Part shown: positions 36,798 through 47,288 of the stretch, one piece after another
Layout of the letters: the number at the start of each line of letters is the position of its first letter
Numbering within the stretch: the first letter of the stretch is position 1
NCBI GenBank assembly: GCA_028716385.1
Contig: JAQUPX010000004.1
Span: 130,234-194,233 of the forward strand
Direction of reading: 5' to 3'
Length of the DNA: 64,000 nt
Source: a bacterium
GTDB taxonomy: Bacteria > Hydrothermota > UBA3073 > JACQXS01 > JAQTXJ01
The notes under the pieces: generated by a model
Databases searched by the model: none
What the model saw: the letters and a program-made list of their open reading frames with translations, nothing else
Told to the model about the DNA's origin: nothing
Made by a program: the position numbers and the translations under genes

Positions 36798-37901
36798 ATG
36801 AAAAGGACCAAATTGAAACTCAAAAATCAAAACTCAAAAATCAAAAATTCCAATACTTCCTTTGAGTTAGAGGTTAAGGAGTATAAGTTTAGGATAGAGG
36901 AATTTCTTAAAGGGTATTTAGAGGGAGAGAAAAAGAAGTTAGCGTCTATAAGTCCCGCATCTTTACAAATAATGGACTTTGTAATTGAATTTTGTATGAG
37001 AGGCGGGAAGCGATTGAGAGCGGTATTACTTATAAAGGGATACGAGGCAGTAGGCGGAAAAAAAGAAACAGAAATCGTTCATACTTCTATATGTATGGAG
37101 TTAATGGAAGCTTTTTTGCTTATACATGATGATATTATAGACAATGATCCCATAAGGAGAGGCGGTCCTTCTTTTCATAAACTCGTGGAAGAATGGAAGA
37201 AAGATAAAGCATTTGGAGTCTCTGCGGGCATAATGGCGGGGGATATGTTGTCGAATCTTGGCGCAAGCGTTATTCTATCTTCCAAATTTGGGGAGGGGTG
37301 TAAACTAGGGGCATTAAAAGAATATAACGAATCTTTGCTTAGTTGTTTCCAGGGGGAATTATATGATGTAATTCTTGAAAACGAGAACAAGGTTAGCGAA
37401 GCGCAACTTTTAAAAATGATAGGTTTGAAGACTTCATCATACACTACCGTTGCACCGCTTGTTATGGGGGCTATTCTTGGTGGAGCGACCGATGCTAAGA
37501 TCAAGGTTTTCCGGGAGTTTGGGATTTTATTAGGGGCTGCTTTCCAAATTACGGATGATATTCTTGGTTCATTCGGGGAAGAGAAAAAGCTTGGCAAACC
37601 GGTAAATTCCGACATCAGGCAGGGCAAGAAAACGCTTTTATCCATATATGCTTTAGATAATGCTTCTTCATCCGAGACGAAGGTATTAAAAAGAAATTTA
37701 GGAAATAAGAATTTAACAGAAAAGGATTTTGATGATGTAAGAGAAATATTTATTAAGACCGGTGCTCTGGATTATGCAAAGAGCAAGGCAAGAGGATATA
37801 TTTCAAAAGCCAAGAATCTTTTAATATCGGCAAAATTTGAATCCGAACCTACTGAATTTTTATTGGAATTATCTGATTTTATGATTACCAGAAAATTATA
37901 A
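36798..37901 (+). CDS. polyprenyl diphosphate synthase (trans-isoprenyl diphosphate synthase family)
   Basis: It has the FARM motif LIHDDIIDND and the SARM motif ITDDILG. Confidence 0.8.
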   Translation: MKRTKLKLKNQNSKIKNSNTSFELEVKEYKFRIEEFLKGYLEGEKKKLASISPASLQIMDFVIEFCMRGGKRLRAVLLIKGYEAVGGKKETEIVHTSICMELMEAFLLIHDDIIDNDPIRRGGPSFHKLVEEWKKDKAFGVSAGIMAGDMLSNLGASVILSSKFGEGCKLGALKEYNESLLSCFQGELYDVILENENKVSEAQLLKMIGLKTSSYTTVAPLVMGAILGGATDAKIKVFREFGILLGAAFQITDDILGSFGEEKKLGKPVNSDIRQGKKTLLSIYALDNASSSETKVLKRNLGNKNLTEKDFDDVREIFIKTGALDYAKSKARGYISKAKNLLISAKFESEPTEFLLELSDFMITRKL

Positions 37902-37933
37902 AATCCAATCAATCACTGCTTTTCTTACGGTGG

Positions 37934-38479
37934 TTAGGTGTGGCGGGGTGTCCCATATTTAAGTATCTGTTTTTTTAACAAATCAGGTAATAAGTTTACC
38001 AATTTGGGTTGATTTTCAACAAGTCTCATAATATCAGCCAGGTCTTTTTGTCGTTTACTTGGTCTTCGTGCGGTATCCTCGTATGCCCATATTTTTCCTT
38101 GTAAAACATCTTCAACACGGGCAACGGATATTTTATAACCCAACACGGTTTTTACTTTTGCCTTAGGAATAAACTTTTGGTATCTTGGGTCAGTTTGGAG
38201 CTGAATACGGATATCGGATTTTTTACTGTTTATATTTATACTATGAGCTTCTTTAGAAATGGGAAAATGTTCTCCTATTGTTTTGAGTAAAGTATCAATT
38301 TTCGCAGCTAATATAACTATATCCATATCAAGACTGACAACAGGCTCAGAATAAACATTAACAGCTAGTCCACCGATTACACAAAATTTTATATGTTTAC
38401 TCTCAAGTATATCAATAAATTCTTTTAATAAATCATATTCGCTATTAGTGACTTTATTAAAAAAGGATTTGCCTGTCAT
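37934..38479 (-). CDS. hypothetical protein with minimal nucleotidyltransferase-fold motif
   Basis: FCVIGGLAVNVY…SLDMDIVI fits the hG[GS]…[DE]h[DE]h pattern. No partner gene is evident. Confidence 0.35.
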   Translation of the reverse strand: MTGKSFFNKVTNSEYDLLKEFIDILESKHIKFCVIGGLAVNVYSEPVVSLDMDIVILAAKIDTLLKTIGEHFPISKEAHSININSKKSDIRIQLQTDPRYQKFIPKAKVKTVLGYKISVARVEDVLQGKIWAYEDTARRPSKRQKDLADIMRLVENQPKLVNLLPDLLKKQILKYGTPRHT

Positions 38480-38494
38480 AGGATAAAAAAAGGA

Positions 38495-40429
38495 TTAGTT
38501 TTTATCGTTAACTTTGTTGAGTCCGAAATCTACGGTGCCGGTTAGGGTTGTCCCGTCTTTATTGTCTCCCGACAATGCGGGTATTTCCAGATAAGTTGTA
38601 TTTGGTGGGATAGTTGTTGACCATAATATAGGACTATTAGAAGAAGCGGAGATTTCTTTATTCTTATACCACTTATCCTTATAGTTTTTGAAATCGGCTG
38701 TTTTAATGAAGTATTTTCCGGCAGGGAGTCCCGTTAAAGTATGCCCTTCCGGGGTATATTCTGCGATTTGAACTATATGACCGGATAAATCATAAGCTAT
38801 AACTTTTCCGCCAAAGATTGGATTTTTTGTTTTTTCGTCGTAAACTTTAACAGAGACTTTTGATTTTCTTGGTGCTACACTGAAATTAAAATCAACAGGA
38901 GTTACGCCCGTTATTTTAATAAGTTCTGTTTTATTATCATTAAAGGTAGTTCCGCCTCCGAGCCATATAGCGGAGAATTCGGTTCCGGGCGCAAAAGCGC
39001 AGACTTTGTATTCTCCCACAGGAAGGCCCAATATTTTATAACCTCCGGTGAATGTATTTTTAGAAGAGAAGGTCTCGCCTGTTTTTGTATTAAAAGCTAT
39101 GATATAAAATCTTGTGCTATCCCCGGACAGCAGGTTAGCATTACAGAATACGAACCCCTGAATTATTCCGGCTGGTTCAAGTTTGAAATTAACATTTATA
39201 GTAATCGAACCTGATGTTACAGCGATTTTTTGGACATTTTCAGGTTTATATGTATTTTTATAATATTTACCATAATAAGCTTTATTTAGATAAGGCACAA
39301 AAGCGTTAATTTTTAAGATATATTCTCCCTGTGGGAGGTTATGAATTTCGTAATATCCATTAGAGCCGTGTGAAATTTCTGAGCCTTCAACTTTGTTCCA
39401 GCGGGTATCATAGATTTCAAAATCATAATTTTCCAAAGGAATATTATTTTTATCTTTCACCGTTCCCGAAATTATCCCTTCTTGTTTTAACTGAAAATCT
39501 ATATTTTTAACGGTATCTTCTTCTTTTACGGTTATGTATGTGGCAATTAGCGGGTTATTTGTATCTTTCCAATATTTCCACGCATATTGACTTACTTTAG
39601 GCAAGGGTTTTACTTTTACCATATAATTATCTGCGGGTAATCCTGAAATCACATAATTACCTGCAGAATCTACTTGTTTTTCAACGGATTTATTATTTCC
39701 GATTACCTGTATCCATGTTTGTGCGACCGGGGTAACTTTTCCGCAAATTGTGCCGCCTTTTTTAACTTCAAAATTTACTCCTTTTATGGTATCGAGGATA
39801 ATGTTAATCGTAATCAGGGTATCGCTATGGGATGTTCCTATCCAGCCTTCCGGTTCCATAAATACATGATATTTCCCGGGTTCTAATCCACTTACGGTGT
39901 ATTCGCCGATTGAATCTGTTTGGCTGACATAATCCACATAAGTATTTTTTGATTTGTATAGTTTCAGGAAGAACGGGTTATTTGGTATTGGGGTTTTCGA
40001 ATTTTTTTCTATAAGTTTTCCTTTTATTACTGCTCCTTTATCAAGCAGAAAATTAATTTCCGAGGTAACGCTGTTCTCTTTTACTATGACAACATTAGCA
40101 TCTTCCCAGTTATATACATTTTTATAATATTCTCCGACATATTTTCCGCCGGTTGCATATTCGCCGGAGTGGATTCGTAATATATACATTCCGGGAAGGA
40201 TATCAGAGATAGCGTATCCGCCTCTAATGTTTGTAGTAGCGCCATTTACCAGATATCCATATTTATCGTAAGCTATAACGGGGACGCCCGGTATCGAGTT
40301 TTTTGCGCCACTTTCATAGACCAGTCCTTCTATTTTTTTTATTGGCGAGGATAATTTCTGAACAACCGGTTCTTGTTTAGCGCATCCGGCTACCAGCAAA
40401 ACGCTTATAAGGAAAAGATAAGGTTTCAT
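38495..40429 (-). CDS. lipoprotein with tandem carboxypeptidase-regulatory-like (Cna-B/CarboxypepD_reg) beta-sandwich repeats
   Basis: It has a lipobox (LLVAGC) and at least five repeats of the G.V.D…G.P…A.V……T…G.Y.I..L..G.Y type. Confidence 0.55.
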   Translation of the reverse strand: MKPYLFLISVLLVAGCAKQEPVVQKLSSPIKKIEGLVYESGAKNSIPGVPVIAYDKYGYLVNGATTNIRGGYAISDILPGMYILRIHSGEYATGGKYVGEYYKNVYNWEDANVVIVKENSVTSEINFLLDKGAVIKGKLIEKNSKTPIPNNPFFLKLYKSKNTYVDYVSQTDSIGEYTVSGLEPGKYHVFMEPEGWIGTSHSDTLITINIILDTIKGVNFEVKKGGTICGKVTPVAQTWIQVIGNNKSVEKQVDSAGNYVISGLPADNYMVKVKPLPKVSQYAWKYWKDTNNPLIATYITVKEEDTVKNIDFQLKQEGIISGTVKDKNNIPLENYDFEIYDTRWNKVEGSEISHGSNGYYEIHNLPQGEYILKINAFVPYLNKAYYGKYYKNTYKPENVQKIAVTSGSITINVNFKLEPAGIIQGFVFCNANLLSGDSTRFYIIAFNTKTGETFSSKNTFTGGYKILGLPVGEYKVCAFAPGTEFSAIWLGGGTTFNDNKTELIKITGVTPVDFNFSVAPRKSKVSVKVYDEKTKNPIFGGKVIAYDLSGHIVQIAEYTPEGHTLTGLPAGKYFIKTADFKNYKDKWYKNKEISASSNSPILWSTTIPPNTTYLEIPALSGDNKDGTTLTGTVDFGLNKVNDKN

Positions 40430-40438
40430 TTATAAAGA

Positions 40439-41764
40439 CTATAGAGCTGTTGTCATTAGTTGCACGGGTATTTTTGAGCGCAAGTCTGCGAGCATTTCCG
40501 CTTCTTTTGCCGTTCTTTTTTCCTGTTCCAGGTCCCATGACACTCTTGCTTTTACCTGTTCGAGTGGTTTCTTTTCGTATTTGGTTTTGTTTTTATCGTA
40601 ATACGTTTTTAATTCTTCCTCAGTGGGACTGCATTTTGCGTTAATTTCTTTTTCTCTATATTGTTGAATCAATAAAACTTCCTGTCTTTCTACGAGTTGT
40701 TTTTTTATATCATCTCTCTGGTCAAATTTATATCTTGCGGCAGCGGCGGGTAGAAACTTTTCAAAAATAAGCCATCCATCCATATAATCTTTTATAGCTT
40801 TTTCGTTATCAAATTTTCTGCCTCTAGCCATTTCCATATCTGCTTTTTTCTTAAAATCGTCTACTGTAATTACGCCACCGGTCCATTTAACGAGAGCAGT
40901 TGATTTGTCACTTTCTTTTATATCATTTTTTATAATCTTTTTCATAGCATAGCGATTGTAACGCATACGAGCCATAGTTTTCAGGTATTTCAGATAACCA
41001 TCGCTTAATTTTCTGGTTTGTTCGCCTTTTAGCTTTTCTATTATTTTATCTTTTTCTTTTGAAAACTCAGGTAGAGGTTTGTTTATTTTCTCATTGAGTT
41101 TTATTATGCGATAGTTCTGAACGGGATAGGCAGAAGGTTTTGCAAATATTTTACGGTGCCAAGGTATCATAGGAGAAGGTATTGGACGTGAAAAAGCGCC
41201 AACGTTATGTAAAGAGAAGGCAATTTTTTCTATTTCTTTATCGCCGCTTCCTCTTGTAATGTCTGTGCCTCCTCCGCCGTATTTCGCCGAATAATCTTCA
41301 GAGTATTTAACTGCAAGGTCAGTAAAACTTTTTCCTTTTCTTAATTCTTTATATACTTTAATTGCAGTATCTTTATCTTTTATGGTCATTTGAGATATTT
41401 TCAGTGTAGGGGTCATACGATGCCATTCTTTTACCAGTATCCATGTGCGTGGAGTTTTTACTTTTTGAAGAACTATTTTTTCGTAGAGGGCATTTATAGT
41501 TAGTCTGTTGGTGAGGTCTGTCATAGCCGCAGTTGTGAGGGTATCAAATCTTTTTGCTTTAGCGTCTACGAGCATAAGTTTATTTGTAACCAGTTGTTCC
41601 ATAGCTTTATTTTTGAGGGAATCGATATTTGTGCCTGCACCGGGTTGATATACTTTATTAAATTCAGCCATAGTAATAACTTCGGTACCTACTTTAGCAA
41701 TTACCTTATTGCTATCATTGGGCGCAGCGGATAAAAGCCCCGAAATGAGTAAAATTGCAACCAT
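40439..41764 (-). CDS. SurA/PrsA-like peptidyl-prolyl cis-trans isomerase (parvulin domain)
   Basis: It has a signal peptide, a SurA-N-like region and a parvulin segment (…KGKSFTDLAVKYSED…GG…). Confidence 0.6.
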   Translation of the reverse strand: MVAILLISGLLSAAPNDSNKVIAKVGTEVITMAEFNKVYQPGAGTNIDSLKNKAMEQLVTNKLMLVDAKAKRFDTLTTAAMTDLTNRLTINALYEKIVLQKVKTPRTWILVKEWHRMTPTLKISQMTIKDKDTAIKVYKELRKGKSFTDLAVKYSEDYSAKYGGGGTDITRGSGDKEIEKIAFSLHNVGAFSRPIPSPMIPWHRKIFAKPSAYPVQNYRIIKLNEKINKPLPEFSKEKDKIIEKLKGEQTRKLSDGYLKYLKTMARMRYNRYAMKKIIKNDIKESDKSTALVKWTGGVITVDDFKKKADMEMARGRKFDNEKAIKDYMDGWLIFEKFLPAAAARYKFDQRDDIKKQLVERQEVLLIQQYREKEINAKCSPTEEELKTYYDKNKTKYEKKPLEQVKARVSWDLEQEKRTAKEAEMLADLRSKIPVQLMTTAL

Positions 41765-41874
41765 TTTTCCTCCTTGATTAACGAGAAATAATTATTGTTT
41801 TATAATTAAATATTAACATCCTATAATTAGAGATATTCTAGTAAAAGTCAAGCATTATTTTTACTGGAGTTTAT

Positions 41875-41975
41875 GGGGCGTTTTTGTAAAAGAATTGGGC
41901 TTTGCTCTGAATATCCAGCTGAGCTGGAAAGAGCTTGACTATAATCTTCCTTTCGGAACAAAGTCCAACTAACCA
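41875..41975 (+). repeat. hairpin-repeat element (family with 19474-19570 and 10379-10400)
   Basis: ccagc-N-gctgg and ttcc-N4-ggaa stems and a GGAACAAAGTCnAACTAAC tail are shared among the copies. Confidence 0.6.
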
Positions 41976-42220
41976 CACGATTTCCACGAGAATAAACTAC
42001 AACACAAAACAGAAAGATTTTTTGCACACAGAATTGCACAGATTAATACAGATTGACACAGAATTCCTAAGGGCAGGGCTAAAGATCCCCTCCAAAAAGA
42101 AGGCGGACAGGCAAGGGCTTCGTATCGTATAATGTTTTTGACGAAACAAACTCCAACTAAAAAAGCATTGACAAAAGACTTATTTTGTTGCATAAAGAAA
42201 TGAATAGTATGTAAATATTA

Positions 42221-43819
42221 ATGTTACATAAGGGGATTATGAAAAGGATATCGTTATTTTGTATAGGAGTAACCGTATTCTTTTTCGGAATGCCTGTTAT
42301 GGCGGATACAACTTATGTCATTGGAACTATTAGCAATGATACGGTATGGAATACAGCAGGTAGTCCATATATTGTAACGGGTAATTTATTGATTGACAGT
42401 TCTGCGACTTTAGACGTTGAACCCGGGGTTGCAATCTTTATTAATAGTCTTAAAAACATAACTGTAAAAGGGGTTTTAAGTGCTGTGGGGACTTCAACGG
42501 ATTCAATTATTATTACCAAATATCAAGGTAGTTGGGGGAGACTCCGGATTAAGCCATCTGCAAGATGCAGCTTAAAATATTGTAGGATTGAATATGCAGA
42601 AAGTTCTGCCATTTATAATGAAAGCGATGATTCTATTTATGTGGGATATAGTAATATAGAAAACAACTTTACTTGGTGTATTATTGGAGGGGGTATTTAT
42701 AATTCAGGGACAATTACTATAACAAATAATAGAATATATAAAAATTATGCAGGGCTAGGGGCAGCAGGCATTTGGAACAACAACTATGCGATTGCTATCA
42801 TAAAAAATAATATTATATCCGACAATACTGTTGGAATGGATGGTTCGGAGACAGGAATTATTAATTTGGGGACAGCCATTATAACTGATAATATTATATG
42901 CAATAATGGGAGCACTTTTGAAACCGGTGGAGGTATTGGTAACTGGTCTGGAGGAACAGCTACGATAATGAATAATACGATATATAATAATCCTGTTGGT
43001 GTCTGGAATGATGGTTTTGCCGAAATAATAAACAATAATATATACGATAATTGTGGAAATGGCGCAGGAGGCATCCGTAATCATGGACCGGCTATTATAA
43101 CGGGAAATAATATTTCCAATAACTGGGGCGGGGGACTTTGTAATACCTATGATTCCGTTATAATAACTAATAATGCCATATCTTACAATGAATGTTCAAT
43201 GTGGGCTTATGGTAATAATATTGATAATAGCGGTTCAAATGTGATTATTAAATACAACACAATAATTGATACAGGTTTTGGTTATTATGCTAATGATACA
43301 TTGCCTTCTATTTATAATTCCGGAGCAGGTGTCGTTATATGCAGTACGAATATTTATGCCAAATATTGTTCTGTTTATAATGATAGTACGGATAGTTTAA
43401 TTGCCCGTTACAATTACTGGGGAACAACGGATACCGGTATTATTGATACGAGAATATGGGATTTTTATGATAATTCTTCAAAAGGGATAGTTATATATAA
43501 GCCTTTTCTTGATGATTCGTTTAAGGTGGGAGTTAAAGAACAGTCAATAGTTAACAGGCAACAGTTAACAGTAACTACAAAACCGAATCCGTTTATTCAG
43601 TCAACAGTCATAAGTTATCAGTTACCTGTCGGTGGAAAAGTATCTTTAGTATTATACGATATTGCAGGCAGTTGCGTGAAGATGCTCGTGAATGAGGAAA
43701 AGCAGGTGGGGAGTTATAGTGTTTGCGTGGATGCGAAGGAGTTAAAAGCGGGGATTTATTTCATAAAACTGAAAACCGGAAATTATCAAGAGACAAAGAA
43801 AGTGGTATTGATGAGGTGA
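42221..43819 (+). CDS. right-handed parallel beta-helix repeat protein with T9SS C-terminal sorting domain
   Basis: It has a signal peptide, about 12 beta-helix-like repeats (NN.I..N…G.G.GIWN…) and a C-terminal NPFIQSTVISYQLPVGGKVSLVLYDIAGSCV…KVVLMR. Confidence 0.7.
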   Translation: MLHKGIMKRISLFCIGVTVFFFGMPVMADTTYVIGTISNDTVWNTAGSPYIVTGNLLIDSSATLDVEPGVAIFINSLKNITVKGVLSAVGTSTDSIIITKYQGSWGRLRIKPSARCSLKYCRIEYAESSAIYNESDDSIYVGYSNIENNFTWCIIGGGIYNSGTITITNNRIYKNYAGLGAAGIWNNNYAIAIIKNNIISDNTVGMDGSETGIINLGTAIITDNIICNNGSTFETGGGIGNWSGGTATIMNNTIYNNPVGVWNDGFAEIINNNIYDNCGNGAGGIRNHGPAIITGNNISNNWGGGLCNTYDSVIITNNAISYNECSMWAYGNNIDNSGSNVIIKYNTIIDTGFGYYANDTLPSIYNSGAGVVICSTNIYAKYCSVYNDSTDSLIARYNYWGTTDTGIIDTRIWDFYDNSSKGIVIYKPFLDDSFKVGVKEQSIVNRQQLTVTTKPNPFIQSTVISYQLPVGGKVSLVLYDIAGSCVKMLVNEEKQVGSYSVCVDAKELKAGIYFIKLKTGNYQETKKVVLMR

Positions 43820-43858
43820 CGAGAGAATGAGTCGAATATAGGCATATAGGAGGATCAA

Positions 43859-45550
43859 GTGTTATGTTTTGGGATTGTTATATTGTATATTAATCTTGCG
43901 ATACCAAAGTCTAATATAGTTGTTTCGGCTCAAAATGCCGTGTATTGTTTAGACAGCGATGGCGTTCTTAAATGGAGTTTCCCGCATACTCTTGTTTATA
44001 ATGAAATATCAGCCCCGGCGATTGGCAATTTAGATAATTTTGGTAATCCTAAGATTGCTGTAGGAGCAGACAAGTTGTACTATTTTAATTGTGATGGCAA
44101 TGTGAAATGGTCATATAGCGGTTCATTCTGGCTTTGTTCTCCTGTGATGGCAAATGTGGATACTACGGGAAATGCGGAAATAATTACAGCGGATTCATCT
44201 ACTCTTTATTGTTTCAACAGTGATGGAAGTATAAAATGGTCATACCCGATATCCGGGAATTATTCATCAGAATGGATTGGACCTGCAGTAGCTACCGCAA
44301 ATGTAGATACGAACGGCGTGCCGTCAGTTTTTGCAGTTACACCGACAAATGTATATTGTATGAATGGTAATGGAACATTAAAGTGGTCGTATCCTATGCC
44401 GGGGGATTATTTAGTAGGTATAGGAGTGTCTGATATTGATTTAGACGGGAATGTGGATATTATAGTAAATACTAATGTATATTCCAGCGATGTTTATTAT
44501 TTGTATTGTCTAAAAACGGATGGAACGCTTAAATGGAGTTATAGCGGGAATGGGTTTATATCGCAACCTGCCATAGCTGACATAAATAAAGATAGCCAAC
44601 AGGAAATAGTTGTGCATAATTCAGAGGTTACACCCAAAACAGTTATAGCCTTTCAAGAAAATACTTCCCATAATGGTTTAAATGTAGTATGGACAGCTGT
44701 GGTAGAAGACATTACTTCAATTTCTGCTCCTCCACCCGTAATATGTGATATTGATGGAGATGGCGACAAGGATGTTTTGTGGGTTGGCTGTATAAATTCT
44801 CCACCTACCGGTACATTGTATATATTAAACGGTATGGATGGTAAACACCCTGACAATTCGGGGGCAACTTGTTATACGGATAATAATTTTGCAAGCAGAA
44901 CACTTTGTGAGCATGGATGTTCGGTAGCAGATATTGACGGGGACGGATATGTAGAAATAGTTGGGATTAGTCCTAATTCAGGAGATACGTATGGGGTAGC
45001 AGCTATAGAATGTGATGCCTCCTGGGCAACGGGCAGAAATATATTTTCTTCTCAGCTTTATCATATCAGCGAGGTAAATGATAATGTAAGTATACCCAAT
45101 GTTGAGACTGCTAACTGGAAAAGCCATAATACATGGCTTACGCAATTGACTACCGGGGGAACCGGTTTTGGAAATCCTACTTTGAAATGGAGTTATTCAA
45201 ATTCTACATTTGGGTGGATTGTAGCTTCTATAAGCATAGCTCCTCTTTCTGATATATCTGGTGTGGAAGAAAATTCGGATTTGGGATTTTTGAATGTGGG
45301 ACTGAAAATAAAAAAGAATCCATTTGTGCAATCAACAATGATTAGTTATCAGTTACCTGTTGGGGGAAAAGTATCTTTAAATTTATATGATGTTTCAGGT
45401 AGTTGCGTGAAGACGCTCGTGAATGAGGAAAAGCAGGTGGGGAGTTATAGTGTTTGCGTGGATGCGAAGGAGTTAAGAGCGGGAATATATTTTGTGAAGT
45501 TAAGAACAGGAAATTATCAAGAGACAAAGAAAGTGGTATTGATGAGGTAA
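43859..45550 (+). CDS. PQQ/FG-GAP-like beta-propeller repeat protein with T9SS C-terminal sorting domain
   Basis: The repeated unit is YC(L/F/M)(D/N)SDG.LKWSYP, seen at least six times. The CTD is about 90% identical to that of the 42221 gene. Confidence 0.65.
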   Translation: MLCFGIVILYINLAIPKSNIVVSAQNAVYCLDSDGVLKWSFPHTLVYNEISAPAIGNLDNFGNPKIAVGADKLYYFNCDGNVKWSYSGSFWLCSPVMANVDTTGNAEIITADSSTLYCFNSDGSIKWSYPISGNYSSEWIGPAVATANVDTNGVPSVFAVTPTNVYCMNGNGTLKWSYPMPGDYLVGIGVSDIDLDGNVDIIVNTNVYSSDVYYLYCLKTDGTLKWSYSGNGFISQPAIADINKDSQQEIVVHNSEVTPKTVIAFQENTSHNGLNVVWTAVVEDITSISAPPPVICDIDGDGDKDVLWVGCINSPPTGTLYILNGMDGKHPDNSGATCYTDNNFASRTLCEHGCSVADIDGDGYVEIVGISPNSGDTYGVAAIECDASWATGRNIFSSQLYHISEVNDNVSIPNVETANWKSHNTWLTQLTTGGTGFGNPTLKWSYSNSTFGWIVASISIAPLSDISGVEENSDLGFLNVGLKIKKNPFVQSTMISYQLPVGGKVSLNLYDVSGSCVKTLVNEEKQVGSYSVCVDAKELRAGIYFVKLRTGNYQETKKVVLMR

Positions 45551-45600
45551 AACATTAAGTTTTTTTATATTTTAATTTTTGATTTGAAAAAGGGGGGATC

Positions 45601-47109
45601 ATGAAAAAGGTAATTTGTTTGTTAAGTTTTTTGTTTTTGTTTGTTGCTGAAACTAGGGCGCAGGTGTTTCAAATTTCCGTTGCCGACAGCAGTCAGATTT
45701 ATCCTGATGTAGCATTTGACGGGACTAATTTCTGGACGGTATGGGCAGATAATAGAAACGGGACTTCCCGTATTTATGGGGCAAGAATAGCGACAGATGG
45801 AACGGTATTAGATACAAACGGAATACTGCTTGCAAGTTTGCCGGACACCGATTATACAATGCCTTCGGTGGCATTTGGAGACAGTGTTTTTTGTGTGGCT
45901 TTTCATATCTCCGGAGGATATGATACAACACCAGTATATTGTTCATTTAAAGATGTTGGTGCTGTAAGGTTTCAAAGGGGAGGAAATATAATAGATACTA
46001 TCCCTAATTTTATATATGGGTGGTCAGGAATGGGTTATTATGTACGATATTCCGATATGCCAATTGTTATGTTTGGCAAGAAACATTTCTTTTTCTCATT
46101 GTCAATGAACACCGGTTCCTCTATGGAAGGATTTTGGGATTCTGAAATTCAAAGTTTAGGTGATACCTGTATGGCAGGTGCGATAGGGTTGCCGGGATTT
46201 CATTCATGGGCACCTACCGGTGTATGGAATGGTGAAAAGTTTTTTATAGTATGGACTCAAAACCCATGTGATACGTTTGTATTTGGGATAGGAGGGGCTT
46301 TTATTGACGATAGTTTAATCGGGCAATCCGTAGATTCATCTCAATTCAAAGTTAGAAGTGATAAAGAAGTTCCTATGGATATGCTTTTGGGTGGTTGTTC
46401 GGAAAGAAGTAAAGAGCTTGCTTTTGGGAGTAACCATTATCTATTAGTTTCAGAAACGGAGCTGCATTATAAAAATAAAATCTGGTATGACATTCTTTCT
46501 GACTCAGGGAAACCAATAAATTCTTTGCCTACTATAATTGATACGGGTAATTCTGTTGACCAGCGATTGCCTACCTGTGCATACAATAATGGAAAATTTA
46601 TTGCAGTGTGGCAAAATTCAATTAGTGGAGACACTAACTTGTACGGGATTATAATAGATACACTTGGTGGAATTATTGATTCCGGTCATATAGACAAGAG
46701 TCCATTTTGCCAAAAACAACCATCTCTTGCAACCGGTGCCGGGAAAACCTTACTTGTTTGGTCGGATAACAGGAACGGAAATTTTGACATATACGGAATG
46801 TTTATAGGAGACACTTTGGGAGTTAAAGAAAATTCGGATTTGGGATTTTTGAATGTGGGACTGAAAATAAAAAAGAATCCATTTGTGCAATCAACAATGA
46901 TTAGTTATCAGTTACCTGTTGGGGGAAAAGTATCTTTAGCAGTATATGATGTTTCGGGCAGGTGTGTGAAGACGCTGGTAAACGGAATCAAGGAAGCAGG
47001 GCAGTATAAAGCAGAAATAAATGCAGAGAACTTAAAAGCGGGGATTTATTTCGTAAGTGTAAAAACCGGAGATTATAAGGAAACGAAGAAGCTGATTATT
47101 TTGAAGTGA
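45601..47109 (+). CDS. secreted repeat (beta-propeller-like) protein with T9SS C-terminal sorting domain
   Basis: It has a signal peptide, repeats of the …P.VA..G…LVVW.DNRNG..DIYG..I type, and a CTD whose first ~110 nt are identical to 45269-45379. Confidence 0.6.
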   Translation: MKKVICLLSFLFLFVAETRAQVFQISVADSSQIYPDVAFDGTNFWTVWADNRNGTSRIYGARIATDGTVLDTNGILLASLPDTDYTMPSVAFGDSVFCVAFHISGGYDTTPVYCSFKDVGAVRFQRGGNIIDTIPNFIYGWSGMGYYVRYSDMPIVMFGKKHFFFSLSMNTGSSMEGFWDSEIQSLGDTCMAGAIGLPGFHSWAPTGVWNGEKFFIVWTQNPCDTFVFGIGGAFIDDSLIGQSVDSSQFKVRSDKEVPMDMLLGGCSERSKELAFGSNHYLLVSETELHYKNKIWYDILSDSGKPINSLPTIIDTGNSVDQRLPTCAYNNGKFIAVWQNSISGDTNLYGIIIDTLGGIIDSGHIDKSPFCQKQPSLATGAGKTLLVWSDNRNGNFDIYGMFIGDTLGVKENSDLGFLNVGLKIKKNPFVQSTMISYQLPVGGKVSLAVYDVSGRCVKTLVNGIKEAGQYKAEINAENLKAGIYFVSVKTGDYKETKKLIILK

Positions 47110-47288
47110 TTTTTTAGTATTTGATATTAGAATTAGTTGCCGCCTACCAGGGAAAATGGCAATTATGGGCTAAAGCCCAAGAAGTTATGGGATGCTGATT
47201 CCCTGCAGGGTAATTTAAAATCAGGGAAAATCCCAGTGTATATTATCTTGACAAATATGAAACGTATCATATTTATTGGCAATAAATT

